This document shows positions 43,822-54,794 of a stretch of 64,000 bases of DNA, piece by piece; within the stretch, counting starts at the first letter, position 1, and each line of letters starts with the position of its first letter. Source of the stretch: a virus; the IMG/VR virus record IMGVR_UViG_3300025098_000014; one strand, 5' to 3'. The translations under genes were made by a program, and so were the position numbers. Below the pieces are notes generated by a model, which worked only from the letters and a program-made list of their open reading frames with translations, searched no databases and had not been told where the DNA came from.

Positions 43822-44610
43822 TTACTTCCCTTCAAAACCAGGAGGAAGTCTGCCAAGGTAGGGATTGAGATCAAAGAATTGATTCCAATCCTCAACCATA
43901 TTAGCATCATTCTTCCAAAAGTTCCAGAGGGCATCATGACATTGACGATGATATACATCAACATGAATGTTATGAATATCTGACCCAAGTGCAATCTTAT
44001 ACATGAGTATAGGCATTGCGTAGGTCATCCCGCTATTGTAGATGAGATCATCTGCAACTGCACGGGGTTTTATTCTACCATCTAACTTGTACTTCCCTTT
44101 CCTTGTGTAAAGGTCTAGTAACTTTTGCCCGTATCTACGATTGATAACATAAGCAGCCGTTGAGAAGTCGTTAATGAACCTGTAGTGCATTTGCATTACA
44201 GGGACAGCAGGATTGATGATTGCAATTTGGAGACAGTCCCATGCAGCAGGTGCATTACGGAAGAAGTCTTTCCAAGAGAATGGCCAATGCTTGACCACAT
44301 CAAGATCGCAATCATCTTCCATCATTATAGCATACTCTTCTTCAGAGTTGCTCAACCAATGATGGATAGCCTTGAGATGAGATGTGACGCATCCAATCTC
44401 GCCCGAAGACATGTTGTCGGGGTACTTCCCTGCAATGATGTCACTAAGATCATCATCACGACCATCATAAGCAGAAATCCTAGTGTTTTCTACTTCCCAA
44501 TAGGCAAATTGATTCTCCATCCACTGACGGCGATCGTCTTTGCCATCAAGATTCAACCAATAGACATGGGGCAAATCTTTTAACTTGTGTACTGATTTAT
44601 TTTTGTCCAT
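43822..44610 (-). CDS. Glycosyltransferase family 25
   Basis: YWLNLD...RR..M, RISAYDG, GEIGCVTSH, MMEDD, TAAYVI. Confidence 0.88.
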   Translation of the reverse strand: MDKNKSVHKLKDLPHVYWLNLDGKDDRRQWMENQFAYWEVENTRISAYDGRDDDLSDIIAGKYPDNMSSGEIGCVTSHLKAIHHWLSNSEEEYAIMMEDDCDLDVVKHWPFSWKDFFRNAPAAWDCLQIAIINPAVPVMQMHYRFINDFSTAAYVINRRYGQKLLDLYTRKGKYKLDGRIKPRAVADDLIYNSGMTYAMPILMYKIALGSDIHNIHVDVYHRQCHDALWNFWKNDANMVEDWNQFFDLNPYLGRLPPGFEGK

Positions 44611-45550
44611 GCTTGGCAATCACTTTCTGTACATTAGGAAGATAATGCTTCTGTAAGACTGATGTCCAGTCAAACTCTTTTGCATACTCTAGAATTTCTT
44701 CACGATGGGATACCGAGTACTCCCGATTCTTAATTATAGCATACTCTACGAATTCTACATCATCAATCTTAGATTCTGGGATGACTGTGATGAATTCCCT
44801 ATCAGTATCAAGGTTTGCTTGAGCGAACTCGCTTACTACTACACCAAGACCAGAAGCAAAGGCTTCCATAATGACGAGAGAGTGTGCCTCACCGTCAGAT
44901 AGAAGGACAAGGTTGCCATAATCAGTTAGATAATCATGAAGATACTCCTTCTTCCATTCACCAAGATAGTTCTTGTTAGGATTAAATTTCTTATCTGCAA
45001 TATTACCAGCAAAGAACAAACTATCAATAGACTGAAACTTATGCTGACGCTTACGATAATCAACCTTAGCAAGGTAGATACTACGATCAGGAAACTCTGG
45101 AGTATCAGTAGTACGGAACAACTCTAAGTTGACACCATTAGGTACGATGTATAATTTATCCTTAGGGATATCCCCAAGGATATGATATGCTTTCTGAATA
45201 CCTTCAGAGAGACAGAATACATTTGGTCGGGTCTTCTGAAACTGACCAAAGATCTGCCCATACCCATTCATCTTATGGGACTGCTCAAGGTAGGCGAAGT
45301 GAGTTGTACATGCACAAGGGTACTGCACATAAGGATAGAGAACAACCCAGTCATCATAATGAATATGTACGAAGTCAGGACGAAATTCATTGATCCTTTT
45401 GATGATCTCTCTAGGACTTGAGATATTAATGATGTCAACTTCATGTCCCAGTTTATTTAAGGTAAGTTTATAGTCCCAGATTAAACTTTCTACTGCACCC
45501 CAACCTACTGGAGGGATAGCAGTAGCTGGTCCAATAATAGAAAATCTCAT
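44597..45550 (-). CDS. GT-B glycosyltransferase (GT4-like)
   Basis: IPPVGWGAVE, VPNGV, E...LV..EA..SGL.VV.S. Confidence 0.82.
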   Translation of the reverse strand: MRFSIIGPATAIPPVGWGAVESLIWDYKLTLNKLGHEVDIINISSPREIIKRINEFRPDFVHIHYDDWVVLYPYVQYPCACTTHFAYLEQSHKMNGYGQIFGQFQKTRPNVFCLSEGIQKAYHILGDIPKDKLYIVPNGVNLELFRTTDTPEFPDRSIYLAKVDYRKRQHKFQSIDSLFFAGNIADKKFNPNKNYLGEWKKEYLHDYLTDYGNLVLLSDGEAHSLVIMEAFASGLGVVVSEFAQANLDTDREFITVIPESKIDDVEFVEYAIIKNREYSVSHREEILEYAKEFDWTSVLQKHYLPNVQKVIAKHGQK

Positions 45551-46509
45551 AATAACGATTGCAACTTCGGAATGTATTCATAAGCAAGAATGTTTTCAAG
45601 ACCGAACTGGTTAATGCCGTATTCTCTGATCTCTTTTCTATGCTGCTTCGATACTTTTTTATTATTCTCAATCACATTGAGAATGTAATCGATATTATTT
45701 ATTTTACTTTCTGGGATGACATCAATCCAAGGTTTTGATGTATCAAGTTCAGGAGTAATAGCTTCTGAACACACAACTCCTAGTCCACAAATAAGTCCTT
45801 CCTTAATTACAAGAGGGGTTGTATTTTCAACCTCACTTAGAAGAGCAATATTTGAGTAGCAAGTAATGAAGTCGTTGAGTTTTTCTCTAACAACTTCTCC
45901 TTTATAGTTTTTATTTTTACCATCAAACTTACCACCAAACTCCATGCGACCCATGAAATCAACAGTATCTATACCTTCTAGAAGATACTGACGCTTACGA
46001 TCTACAATTTGAGAGAAGCACAATGTTCTATCCCAACTAGCAAACTCATCGAACTTATATGGATAAGGACGAACACCAAGTTTACTCAACCAAACACGGT
46101 TGGGATTAGCTCCAAGTTCTGTCCAAGTATCCATATCTTTCTGCGAAGAGCAGAAGATATGAAAGTTTCTATTGGCAGCATAACTCTCAGCCACAGGTCC
46201 ATAACCATCTCTACCCCACATGTGAGGAGTATTGACATATGGATAGTGACTAGAGACAATCAATGCCTTACACAAAGGAACTAAGTCTTTAATAATGTCA
46301 TGGAAGACATCGTAATGTAGGTGAACTACATCATACTTACCATGCTCTACTTCAAATTTAATTAGTTCTCTATCTGGAGTGTTGATAATCTCAACACGAT
46401 GTCCAAGTTCTCTAAGAATTACAGTGTAATCCCAGATCAACATTTCAACAGCACCCCAACCATCGGGTGGGATTTCCATAATACCAGGACCAACTAAAGC
46501 GATCTTCAT
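45547..46509 (-). CDS. GT-B glycosyltransferase (GT4-like), paralogue of the preceding gene
   Basis: IPPDGWGAVE, HLHYD, RKRQ, PLVIKEGL..GL.VV. Confidence 0.8.
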   Translation of the reverse strand: MKIALVGPGIMEIPPDGWGAVEMLIWDYTVILRELGHRVEIINTPDRELIKFEVEHGKYDVVHLHYDVFHDIIKDLVPLCKALIVSSHYPYVNTPHMWGRDGYGPVAESYAANRNFHIFCSSQKDMDTWTELGANPNRVWLSKLGVRPYPYKFDEFASWDRTLCFSQIVDRKRQYLLEGIDTVDFMGRMEFGGKFDGKNKNYKGEVVREKLNDFITCYSNIALLSEVENTTPLVIKEGLICGLGVVCSEAITPELDTSKPWIDVIPESKINNIDYILNVIENNKKVSKQHRKEIREYGINQFGLENILAYEYIPKLQSLL

Positions 46510-47345
46510 TGGTAATCCTCCCAATACATAGTTTTTTTAATTTGATCAATGAACCCAGGACTATGAAACTTCAGTGAATCTACATTCTCACATGCACTAT
46601 GGAATGCAAAGATCTTTTTATACTCATCTTCCTGTGGATTCTTTCCACAAAAAATACCGTCTTCCAATTTCAAGTCTTGCTGATCAGCTGCAGCACAATG
46701 ATTAAAAGATCCATTGGTAAACTTATATCCACCAACTTCATTTAAAGTAAGACAAAGAATCAGTTCATCAGTCACCCCATTATGAGTACCAGATTTACCA
46801 AAGATGTCCTCAAAGATTTCATTGTATCTTACAAACAATTTATCATGCTTGTCTTTCTGAAACAAGAAAGCACCTGAAGCTCCATAAACATATTCAGAAT
46901 GATCATCAGGTAGATAATTTGCCATTCCGGTTCTATCTACAATTACATTTCTAAAGTAATCTTCAAGAGTAGGAACCCACCAATGACGGGTGAGTAAGAA
47001 ATCATCTTCTGCTTCTTCGATTAGTTCATCAACACGGTCATTGACAATAACACAATCAGTGTCAAGGTAAATGCAATGATCTGTTTCTACATGCTTATAA
47101 AGATTGTACCGCTCCTTCCAGATGTGTGGTTGGAACCAGTTGCGATCATCTTCATTCTCTACTTTCTCAGCCTTACCACTAACAATTTTTACTTTAGGAT
47201 CGTCAATCTCCAGACGATCTTCCATGTCAATGATAAGAATTTCATGATCTTGTTTAATACGCTCAAGAGACTCACATGCTCTCATGAGATTGGTGTAATA
47301 CTTATCGTCACCACCAACGATAAAACCAAAGGTTAATTTACTCAT
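46506..47345 (-). CDS. GT-A fold glycosyltransferase (DxD)
   Basis: CIYLDTD, SGAFLF, DELIL. Confidence 0.65.
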   Translation of the reverse strand: MSKLTFGFIVGGDDKYYTNLMRACESLERIKQDHEILIIDMEDRLEIDDPKVKIVSGKAEKVENEDDRNWFQPHIWKERYNLYKHVETDHCIYLDTDCVIVNDRVDELIEEAEDDFLLTRHWWVPTLEDYFRNVIVDRTGMANYLPDDHSEYVYGASGAFLFQKDKHDKLFVRYNEIFEDIFGKSGTHNGVTDELILCLTLNEVGGYKFTNGSFNHCAAADQQDLKLEDGIFCGKNPQEDEYKKIFAFHSACENVDSLKFHSPGFIDQIKKTMYWEDYQ

Positions 47346-48274
47346 AGCAATTTAAGGAGTCCGTTTATACGATTGACATATGTATGATGCTCTTTAGTGT
47401 AATTCATCTGCCTGAGAATAAGTTCTTTGTCGTCCTTATACTTCAGACCAGTCTCAAAAAGATCACCAATGCTTTCCCTACAGATAACTTCAGGTCCAGC
47501 AAAGGCAGCAAGTTTGGGAGAATTAGTAAGACCAAGATGACCATAACTCATAGACTTAAAAACTCTACAGGTTTTAGTACCCCATCTTTTATGAGTATCA
47601 TTCCTGAGATCTGGATTCATAAAAGACTTCTGCATGAGATCTCTCATAACAGATCCATCTAAAGGATTAGTCCATGGATTAGACCATGCAGTCTTGACTC
47701 CTATTTTAGCACACAATGTTCCAAACTCTTGGATTAAGTGAGCATTCTTAAAGCGTCCTTCATGAGAGATACTTCCAATGAAATAGAAGACATCATCTCT
47801 TGGAATGTTTATCCACTCTTCATCAAATTCTTCAGGCATAAGATCAGTTGCCCATGCAATATAGGCAATCTCATATCCCTTATCTCTAGATGACAAACGA
47901 TCAACACATACACCTGTGTCTAGCTCTTCAAAATCATTCAGGTCATGGTGAAACTCATAGTTATCCTTGTCCATACTATCTTGATGATAGCGCATGTCAA
48001 TTAGTTTCTTACAATTACCAAGATACTTTTCTGGATTAACACAGACATGCACATAATATACACAACTTGCTAGAACTGGAATGTTCTTGTCAGCATATCC
48101 TTCGGTAAAAAATACGCAATCTTCATAATCAAAGTCTGAGTGATCAGGATATTCATCATCATGAAACCAATGAACTTGATGTCCCGATCTTTCTAGGGCT
48201 TTTTTAAATCCCTCATGAACATAAGAATATGTGTCAGAGTGTAAGGGATACCCCCATAGTACACACTTCATCAT
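47342..48274 (-). CDS. Glycosyltransferase (CgeB-like C-terminus)
   Basis: WATD, FIGS, CRVFK..SYG, HHTYVNR. Confidence 0.65.
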   Translation of the reverse strand: MMKCVLWGYPLHSDTYSYVHEGFKKALERSGHQVHWFHDDEYPDHSDFDYEDCVFFTEGYADKNIPVLASCVYYVHVCVNPEKYLGNCKKLIDMRYHQDSMDKDNYEFHHDLNDFEELDTGVCVDRLSSRDKGYEIAYIAWATDLMPEEFDEEWINIPRDDVFYFIGSISHEGRFKNAHLIQEFGTLCAKIGVKTAWSNPWTNPLDGSVMRDLMQKSFMNPDLRNDTHKRWGTKTCRVFKSMSYGHLGLTNSPKLAAFAGPEVICRESIGDLFETGLKYKDDKELILRQMNYTKEHHTYVNRINGLLKLL

Positions 48275-48972
48275 ACCCTCCCGAGCATATAGTCTTCTGC
48301 TTTCTTAGTTTCACCAGTGACACATGTCATAGCATCAATAGTATGTGAAGGAACAAGATCGGGATGAGCCCACCAGTCTTCAAAAGGATGATCGTTATCA
48401 ACAGAGATATTGTCTGCAATCAATGTATAGCCATATGCCTGAAGATACTCACGAGAAGCATCTCTAACATCAGTACCGTCATTATACGCATCATGCTCAA
48501 ATGTAATTGTAGCGAACTTATACTTCTCTAGGTTAATTTTTTTGAGTGCTTCAAAGGTAACTGATGCAGGTTCACAATCTACCTGAAGATAATCAAAGTT
48601 AGGACCAATGCCCAGCTCTTCAAAGAGTTGATCAAAATCTGCAGTAGTAGCATCACCTACAGCAATCTTTGCACGGCGATGTTGATTGTATAGTTCTGCT
48701 TCATGCTCCTTGATTTCAAATCCAATACCATCCCATGCAAAACGAGACTCAAGAAGAGCAGTGTTGTTAGAGATTACTGGATGTCCTGCTCCAATTTCTA
48801 CAAAGGTTCCCTTAGGCATTCCATCAAGCATGCACAGGACAAACATATCCTGATAACACTGAGAGAAGTTCTGGTGACTCACCAGTTCAAGTCCATTGAA
48901 TTTGTAGCGCAGTTCATTTCCTTTATCTACAGTGAAAAAGGTTGGCATTTGCCATGCATTTGGGTCACTCAT
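48271..48972 (-). CDS. FkbM-family SAM methyltransferase
   Basis: SQ..QD.FV, GTFVEIGA, NNT..LE...W.G, DYLQVD.E, ITFEH. Confidence 0.82.
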   Translation of the reverse strand: MSDPNAWQMPTFFTVDKGNELRYKFNGLELVSHQNFSQCYQDMFVLCMLDGMPKGTFVEIGAGHPVISNNTALLESRFAWDGIGFEIKEHEAELYNQHRRAKIAVGDATTADFDQLFEELGIGPNFDYLQVDCEPASVTFEALKKINLEKYKFATITFEHDAYNDGTDVRDASREYLQAYGYTLIADNISVDNDHPFEDWWAHPDLVPSHTIDAMTCVTGETKKAEDYMLGRV

Positions 48973-49667
48973 GTTTGATAAGATGAATTATCTTTGGCTA
49001 GGTGTACAATTTTTCTTTGATAGGGATAGTCAGGATAGCATTCTGGGAATGCATAGTCTGGTGAGGCAGCAAACACCCTATCGTTATGTTCAATAAAGAA
49101 TCTATTGAGATGACTTTCATCATGCCATAGAGCAATTATATCATTACTATAATCTTTGTCAACTCTATCTCTCAAGAGTTTCATCATAGGAATGACTGCT
49201 TCCATTTTACCTCCCCATAGGCATCCTTGATAGTATTGAAGGGGTTGTCCTTTTATATAAGCCTCAGATTTAGGATTAGTTTCAAAGGTTCCTGTACCAG
49301 TCATGTAATGACATGGATGATGGACAGCAACAAAGTCCCTATCATCATCAAGAAGTTCTTCAGAGTAAACTACTGACTCAACTCTCATGTCAGCATCTAG
49401 GAAAAGTAACCAATCATGCTGCTTTAAAAGTTCTTCTGCCTGTAGGATCGTATGAAAGCGTTCCAATGTAATTGCAGGCCATTCCTTATGACTGATTTGA
49501 ACATGAGTAATGTTCTCAGGTATTTCTCCCCCAAGTTCTCCATCGGTAAAGACATAATATTGTTTTTTTAAATCAGGAAACAGGAGTTCTTCACAACTCT
49601 CATAATATTTTGGAAGAAAATCCAAATACTTATTTGTTCCGATGAAGATAATTGCTGCACTGATCAT
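48969..49667 (-). CDS. Glycosyltransferase family 6 (ABO/alpha-1,3-Gal(NAc)T-like)
   Basis: YYVFTD, WP.ITL.RF, LDAD, YYQG.LWGG, ALWHDESHLN. Confidence 0.9.
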   Translation of the reverse strand: MISAAIIFIGTNKYLDFLPKYYESCEELLFPDLKKQYYVFTDGELGGEIPENITHVQISHKEWPAITLERFHTILQAEELLKQHDWLLFLDADMRVESVVYSEELLDDDRDFVAVHHPCHYMTGTGTFETNPKSEAYIKGQPLQYYQGCLWGGKMEAVIPMMKLLRDRVDKDYSNDIIALWHDESHLNRFFIEHNDRVFAASPDYAFPECYPDYPYQRKIVHLAKDNSSYQT

Positions 49668-50473
49668 AGAATTTGCCATCCCTCACAATATAAATCTTTG
49701 GTATTATTAGTTTGATCCAAAGGAGGTCCAAACCATTTTGATGGAGCGACAACTTTCTTGTGTTCGTTAGTAGAAAGCCATGCTCCCCACCAACTAAAAG
49801 AACTATTAGCAATAATAAAATCACTGCAGAGAGTCATCATACAAAGATCAAGGTACTGATCATTTGTTTCAGAAACTAGGAATCTATCATTATTAAAAGT
49901 CGATTCCTGTAAACACCATTCTGGATCGTCTGAGAATATAATTACTTCCCGGTCAGAATCAAATAGTGTTAACGCTTCCTTATAGTAATTTATATCACAA
50001 ATAGGATGGTGATCATAATGATTGTAATCTGTACGACGGATGTGCAGAGCAATAGGATTTGTCACATCCTTAATCATCCTCTTACAAGGTTCTAGATATT
50101 CGTCAGTAAATGTAAAATCTTTTAAGAGATCATCTCTAACATTATTAAAATATTTTTCTGATTGAAAAAATCCCAGCAAGCTCACAAAGTCTGGACAATT
50201 ATTAAAAAGGTTTTCATCAAAGTGATAAAACTCCTCTCTAACAACAGGACGAGAAGAATCAATGTATTGAACTTGAAGAGGGTTCAAAGAATTTAAATTA
50301 AAAGGAACAAACAACTGGTGCTCATTCCACTCATCCGCATTACTTTTGAAATTTGATGGGGGAACACAATAATTAAACCCCCGATTAGCAGCAATACCTT
50401 TTACTGCAGCATACTGAAACATTTGATTGGCAAGACGCTCTTTCATCTTACCAACATAATTAATACCAATCAT
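49664..50473 (-). CDS. Alpha-1,2-fucosyltransferase-like (GT11)
   Basis: RLANQMFQYA, GFFQSEKYF, LHIRRTDY, FSDD, ANSSFSWWGAWL. Confidence 0.92.
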   Translation of the reverse strand: MIGINYVGKMKERLANQMFQYAAVKGIAANRGFNYCVPPSNFKSNADEWNEHQLFVPFNLNSLNPLQVQYIDSSRPVVREEFYHFDENLFNNCPDFVSLLGFFQSEKYFNNVRDDLLKDFTFTDEYLEPCKRMIKDVTNPIALHIRRTDYNHYDHHPICDINYYKEALTLFDSDREVIIFSDDPEWCLQESTFNNDRFLVSETNDQYLDLCMMTLCSDFIIANSSFSWWGAWLSTNEHKKVVAPSKWFGPPLDQTNNTKDLYCEGWQIL

Positions 50474-51408
50474 CTTGTTTGCAAATCAGTTTGTGCAATA
50501 TACCAGTCGTAAGTTTTACGAAGACCTTGTAGTAATTTATGGTTCGGCTTCCAACCTTTTTCCAGGAGTTTTGTATAGTCTAGAGGACGCTTGGGTGTAC
50601 CATCTGGTTTAGAAGTATCCCATGCAATCTCTCCAGGATATCCAGTTACCTTTGCCATCATCTGTGCTAGTTCTTTGATAGAAACATCCTCGCCTGATCC
50701 TACATTGAGCAACTCTGCACAACTGTAGTTCTCCATAGCAAACATACATGCATCGGCAAGATCATCTACATGGAGAAACTCTCTACGAGGGGTGCCTGTA
50801 CCCCAGCAGGTGACCGGTTTATCACCCTGCTGCCAGTTATTAAACTTCTGCATCATCGCGGGGATCACATGCCCGTTCAGAGGGTGGAAGTTATCGTTAG
50901 GACCATACAGGTTAGCAGGCATGAGACTAACACTCTTAAATCCATACTGTTTATAGTAGGACTTGAGCATATAGATACCATGAATCTTGGCAAGAGCATA
51001 TGCATCATTAGTAGGCTCAAGTTCTCCAGACATCAGAGACTCTTCTTGTACAGGAGTCTCGGCAAACTTAGGATAGATGCATACACTTCCCAAAAACAAA
51101 AACTTTTTAACGCCACTTTTCCAGGCATTGTGAATTAAATTGTTTTGAATCTGAGTGTTCTGATAGATAAACTCTGCTGAATAAGTATCGTTAGCGTGAA
51201 TGCCACCGACACGAGCAGCAGCATCAAATACATAATCAATTTGTTCATAGTCAAAGAAACTTTCTACAGATTCTTGATCCATAAGATCAAGTTCTTGCCT
51301 AGTCCTGGTAATAACTTTAGTGTACCCTTCTTCTTTGAGACGACGAACAATAGCAGACCCAACTAGACCACGGTGTCCAGCAACAAAAATTTTTGAATCT
51401 TTATTCAT
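50470..51408 (-). CDS. fcl: GDP-L-fucose synthase (Fcl/WcaG)
   Basis: GHRGLVGSA, AARVGGI, GS.CIYP, YALAK, NLYGPND, GTPRREFLHVDD. Confidence 0.94.
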   Translation of the reverse strand: MNKDSKIFVAGHRGLVGSAIVRRLKEEGYTKVITRTRQELDLMDQESVESFFDYEQIDYVFDAAARVGGIHANDTYSAEFIYQNTQIQNNLIHNAWKSGVKKFLFLGSVCIYPKFAETPVQEESLMSGELEPTNDAYALAKIHGIYMLKSYYKQYGFKSVSLMPANLYGPNDNFHPLNGHVIPAMMQKFNNWQQGDKPVTCWGTGTPRREFLHVDDLADACMFAMENYSCAELLNVGSGEDVSIKELAQMMAKVTGYPGEIAWDTSKPDGTPKRPLDYTKLLEKGWKPNHKLLQGLRKTYDWYIAQTDLQTR

Positions 51409-51419
51409 TGTCCTAATCT

Positions 51420-52670
51420 TCACGGTGCAATTACAACTTCAGGTTCTGGTAGAGGGAATAAGAAACGCTTACCTTTAAACTTAGGGTTCTTAAGGAAGAA
51501 CTCTCTGAAGTGCCAAGGAAGAACAATGTGTAGATCATATTCATTCATCATGATATCTTCCTCATCTTTGATAGGAATCCATGTACCAGGAGTAAATGAT
51601 CCATCCTTATCGGGATTAACATCACCAATAGCCTCTACATCGTCAGGACCAATCTCCCATGTTTGAAGAGTCACATTACCTTTAGTGCTAGCACCTAAGC
51701 AACAAATCTTTGCACCATTTGATTTGTAGAAGTCCATGATCTTCCAGAACTGGTCTTTGCAATCGTTAATACGCTCTGCAAAAGCATCCCAAGGTTCTGT
51801 CGTATCCAACTTCTCCTCAATTTCCCTAGCAATAACGCCAGTGAGTTTAGTAGTACATTCTTTACGCAGTGAATTGATAGTAGGAGTAACCACGATAGAG
51901 ATGCTTCCACCATTAACAGCATTGAATTCAAAATCAACGATCTTAAATCCTGCTTTATCCATGATGTACTTGATCTGCCGCATACCATAGTAGGACAAGT
52001 GCTCATGACACACAGTGTCAAAAGAATTTTGCCTCAACATCTCAGGCATGTAGCTCTGCTCAAGCACCCAGATACCTTCAGCATCGAGAACTTCATGGAC
52101 CTGGCGAGCAAACTCACAAGGATCCTCTAGGTCATAGAACATAGAGAACGATGTAACTACCTTAGCTTTCTGCTTACCAAAGCGATTACGATAGGTATCA
52201 GAAGAGAAAAAGTCTGCGATATAATTTACATGCTCAGGAATATAATCCTTGAACTTCTTAGAAGTAGGATCAATAGACATGAGCTGTAGATCTGGAGGAA
52301 AGAATCCAAGGAAGGTTCCATCATTACCAGCAATATCTACAACGATATCACCAGACTCTAGATTAGTATCTCCCTTGATCTTCTCTGCCTTCTCACGCAA
52401 GTGACGAATCATAGAACCATTCAAACCAGAACGGTATCCATATTCATCACCATACATGGTAGGAAGATCAAAGGTATGCTCTAGTTGAACATGCCCACAA
52501 CCACCTTTCCTCTCATCACATTTGACAAGAGCTAAAGGACCCCTGTACATTCCGAAGTCAATGGTTTTTGGAAAAATACCAGAGAGATACTGATCACCAA
52601 GATCAAGCACTGTGATTAGATGTTCGTTACCACAAACTCTACACTTTTCAATTTTGTAAAACTTATTCAT
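51420..52670 (-). CDS. NDP-sugar C-methyltransferase (Zn-binding N-domain, TylCIII/NovU-like)
   Basis: CRVC...[38 protein letters not shown]. Confidence 0.85.
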   Translation of the reverse strand: MNKFYKIEKCRVCGNEHLITVLDLGDQYLSGIFPKTIDFGMYRGPLALVKCDERKGGCGHVQLEHTFDLPTMYGDEYGYRSGLNGSMIRHLREKAEKIKGDTNLESGDIVVDIAGNDGTFLGFFPPDLQLMSIDPTSKKFKDYIPEHVNYIADFFSSDTYRNRFGKQKAKVVTSFSMFYDLEDPCEFARQVHEVLDAEGIWVLEQSYMPEMLRQNSFDTVCHEHLSYYGMRQIKYIMDKAGFKIVDFEFNAVNGGSISIVVTPTINSLRKECTTKLTGVIAREIEEKLDTTEPWDAFAERINDCKDQFWKIMDFYKSNGAKICCLGASTKGNVTLQTWEIGPDDVEAIGDVNPDKDGSFTPGTWIPIKDEEDIMMNEYDLHIVLPWHFREFFLKNPKFKGKRFLFPLPEPEVVIAP

Positions 52671-53659
52671 TGTCCGTAAATACACATGTCTTGTACAAGG
52701 TCAGAAAAACTATGTTCTGGTTCCCATCCTAGAACAGTTCTAGCCTTAGTATAATCCCCCAGAAGTTGTTCCACTTCTGTCGGGCGGTAATATTTAGGGT
52801 TGACACGGATGATGTTTCTGCCCATGTTTTTGCAGTAACCAACCTCGTCTAAACCCTCTCCACGCCATTCAATATTGAATCCATAATACTGCGAAGCCTC
52901 TTCAATAAACTGTCTGACACTACGCATCTCACCTGTAGCAAGTACGAAGTCATCAGGAGTTTCATGTTGAGAAATCATCCACATACCACGAACAAAATCC
53001 TTAGCATGTCCCCAGTCACGCTGTGCATCCAAGTTACCAAGTTCCAGGACATCCTGTAGTCCACTAGAAATCTTCGATAGTCCTATAGTAATCTTGCGAG
53101 TAACAAAGGTTTCTCCTCTCCTAGGAGACTCATGATTGAATAGGATGCCATTACTAGCATGAATACCATACGCTTCACGATAGTTTCTGACCATCCAATA
53201 AGAGTATAGTTTAGCCACGCCATAAGGAGAGCGGGGATAAAAAGGAGTTGTCTCACTCTGAGGAACTTCCTGAACAAGTCCATACAGTTCGCTAGTAGAT
53301 GCCTGATAGAACTTGCAGGGATGATCTAACAGACGAATAGCCTCCAGAAGACGCAAGGTCCCTAGAGCATCAACCTGTCCAACATATTCAGGCATCTCAA
53401 AGGATACCTTTACATGACTCATGGCACCAAGGTTGTATACCTCGGTTGGTTTAATCTTCTGAATGAGACTGATGAGGTTACCTGCATCAGTTAGGTCTCC
53501 ATAATGGAGATGAATCTTATCGTAGATGTGATCGATACGATGAGTATTAATAAGAGAAGAACGGCGTACAATGCCATGAACTTCATATCCTTTTTCAAGG
53601 AGAAATTCTGCAAGGTACGAACCGTCCTGTCCTGTAATACCAGTTATTAATGCTATCAT
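52667..53659 (-). CDS. gmd: GDP-mannose 4,6-dehydratase
   Basis: [44 protein letters not shown]. Confidence 0.97.
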   Translation of the reverse strand: MIALITGITGQDGSYLAEFLLEKGYEVHGIVRRSSLINTHRIDHIYDKIHLHYGDLTDAGNLISLIQKIKPTEVYNLGAMSHVKVSFEMPEYVGQVDALGTLRLLEAIRLLDHPCKFYQASTSELYGLVQEVPQSETTPFYPRSPYGVAKLYSYWMVRNYREAYGIHASNGILFNHESPRRGETFVTRKITIGLSKISSGLQDVLELGNLDAQRDWGHAKDFVRGMWMISQHETPDDFVLATGEMRSVRQFIEEASQYYGFNIEWRGEGLDEVGYCKNMGRNIIRVNPKYYRPTEVEQLLGDYTKARTVLGWEPEHSFSDLVQDMCIYGQ

Positions 53660-54067
53660 TTATGCAAAAGAAATAGTGTCTTGTCCAGCACCTCCAATCA
53701 ATCCTCCCATATCTACCATTCCTGCTGCACCAAAAGTAATACCATCAAGAATAGTATCACCAGTAGTGCCAGTGCTAATAACAGTGTCGTTGAAATTAAA
53801 ACTAATAGTATCAGAAGATGCGGTGCCAGGGTTGCCGGTTACACTGACGCCATCATTTTCCCAAAAACTTTGACTGGAACGAGGAGTATCATCACACTTA
53901 AGTGAATCTTTATACGCTGCATCACTCATGGATCTCATTCCAAGATAGTGACGCCAGAGTTCGCTAAGAGTATTTGTTTCCTCGTCATTATTTAGTGCAG
54001 TAATGACTGCCTCACGAAGAGAGTCTGTTGCTGCTTGATAGTGCTTGTATGTAGAGTTGCAGGACAT
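53660..54067 (-). CDS. Hypothetical protein
   Basis: Packed in the operon; DTI(S/T)F repeats in the C-terminal half. Confidence 0.6.
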   Translation of the reverse strand: MSCNSTYKHYQAATDSLREAVITALNNDEETNTLSELWRHYLGMRSMSDAAYKDSLKCDDTPRSSQSFWENDGVSVTGNPGTASSDTISFNFNDTVISTGTTGDTILDGITFGAAGMVDMGGLIGGAGQDTISFA

Positions 54068-54069
54068 AA

Positions 54070-54351
54070 TTAATGATTAGATGATACAGTGTCTGTAGTA
54101 TAGCATGGTACACCAGCGGGGTCTAGCCACTTAGCATACTCAAAGTCTTCTATAGCAAGGAAGCATTGGTCGGCATTATCAAAAAGATAGATGTCAGAGT
54201 ATTTTTTACTGTACTCATCTGCCTTCTGAAGACGCAAGTCAGGTTTACCATTAAGTTGAATGTAACCTTTTTGCACATAGCGATAAGGATAACGCTCATG
54301 AACAACAAGCGTCTTAGTCGATGCTACAGACTTTGGATCAAGATCATTCAT
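54070..54351 (-). CDS. Conserved cyanophage hypothetical protein
   Basis: ERYPYRYVQ.G...NGKPD.R.QK, AIEDFEYAKWLDP.GVPCY. Confidence 0.7.
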   Translation of the reverse strand: MNDLDPKSVASTKTLVVHERYPYRYVQKGYIQLNGKPDLRLQKADEYSKKYSDIYLFDNADQCFLAIEDFEYAKWLDPAGVPCYTTDTVSSNH

Positions 54352-54565
54352 TGATAATACCTTCGGTAACTAGATCAGCGTAGAGACAGTCTAGCAGAAT
54401 TTCGTAATCATTACAAGGATCGTTTACGAACTTAACACCTTTCTCACGATAATACTTAGTAACTTTACGAAATACCTTTGGATACTGATGATCTAAATCA
54501 ACTTGACCCTCAACGGTATTACGAAGAAGGTTGATGTGCTTCTTGAACTTAGTGGTGACAGACAT
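54344..54565 (-). CDS. Hypothetical protein
   Basis: Operon packing; upstream TATAAT. Confidence 0.6.
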   Translation of the reverse strand: MSVTTKFKKHINLLRNTVEGQVDLDHQYPKVFRKVTKYYREKGVKFVNDPCNDYEILLDCLYADLVTEGIINE

Positions 54566-54794
54566 TGCTCTGTTTGATTACCTTGTTATTATAGACCATC
54601 TGATCTAACTTGGGTAGTTCAGGTGGACGGTTGTTCCAGTGTCTCATGACACCAGATACAATAAAAGCGTTAGTGACCATGTAGCTAACAAAAATACTGG
54701 TGCGTATGATAGCAACATAATTGTCATATGGAGCTGTCTTGTCGTCACTAAAACTACCAATACTGTACTTCCATATGTTCCACACCCTCTTCAT
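54549..54794 (-). CDS. Small membrane hypothetical protein
   Basis: WKYSIGSFSD.KT..YD, N.FIVSGV.RHW. Confidence 0.65.
   Translation of the reverse strand: MKRVWNIWKYSIGSFSDDKTAPYDNYVAIIRTSIFVSYMVTNAFIVSGVMRHWNNRPPELPKLDQMVYNNKVIKQSNVCHH

Noticed and set aside
50470-53700. wcaG or manA RNA motifs near the GDP-fucose genes
   Set aside because: The genes abut or overlap with no intergenic room, and no matching structure was recognised; an Rfam scan would be needed to exclude them fully.
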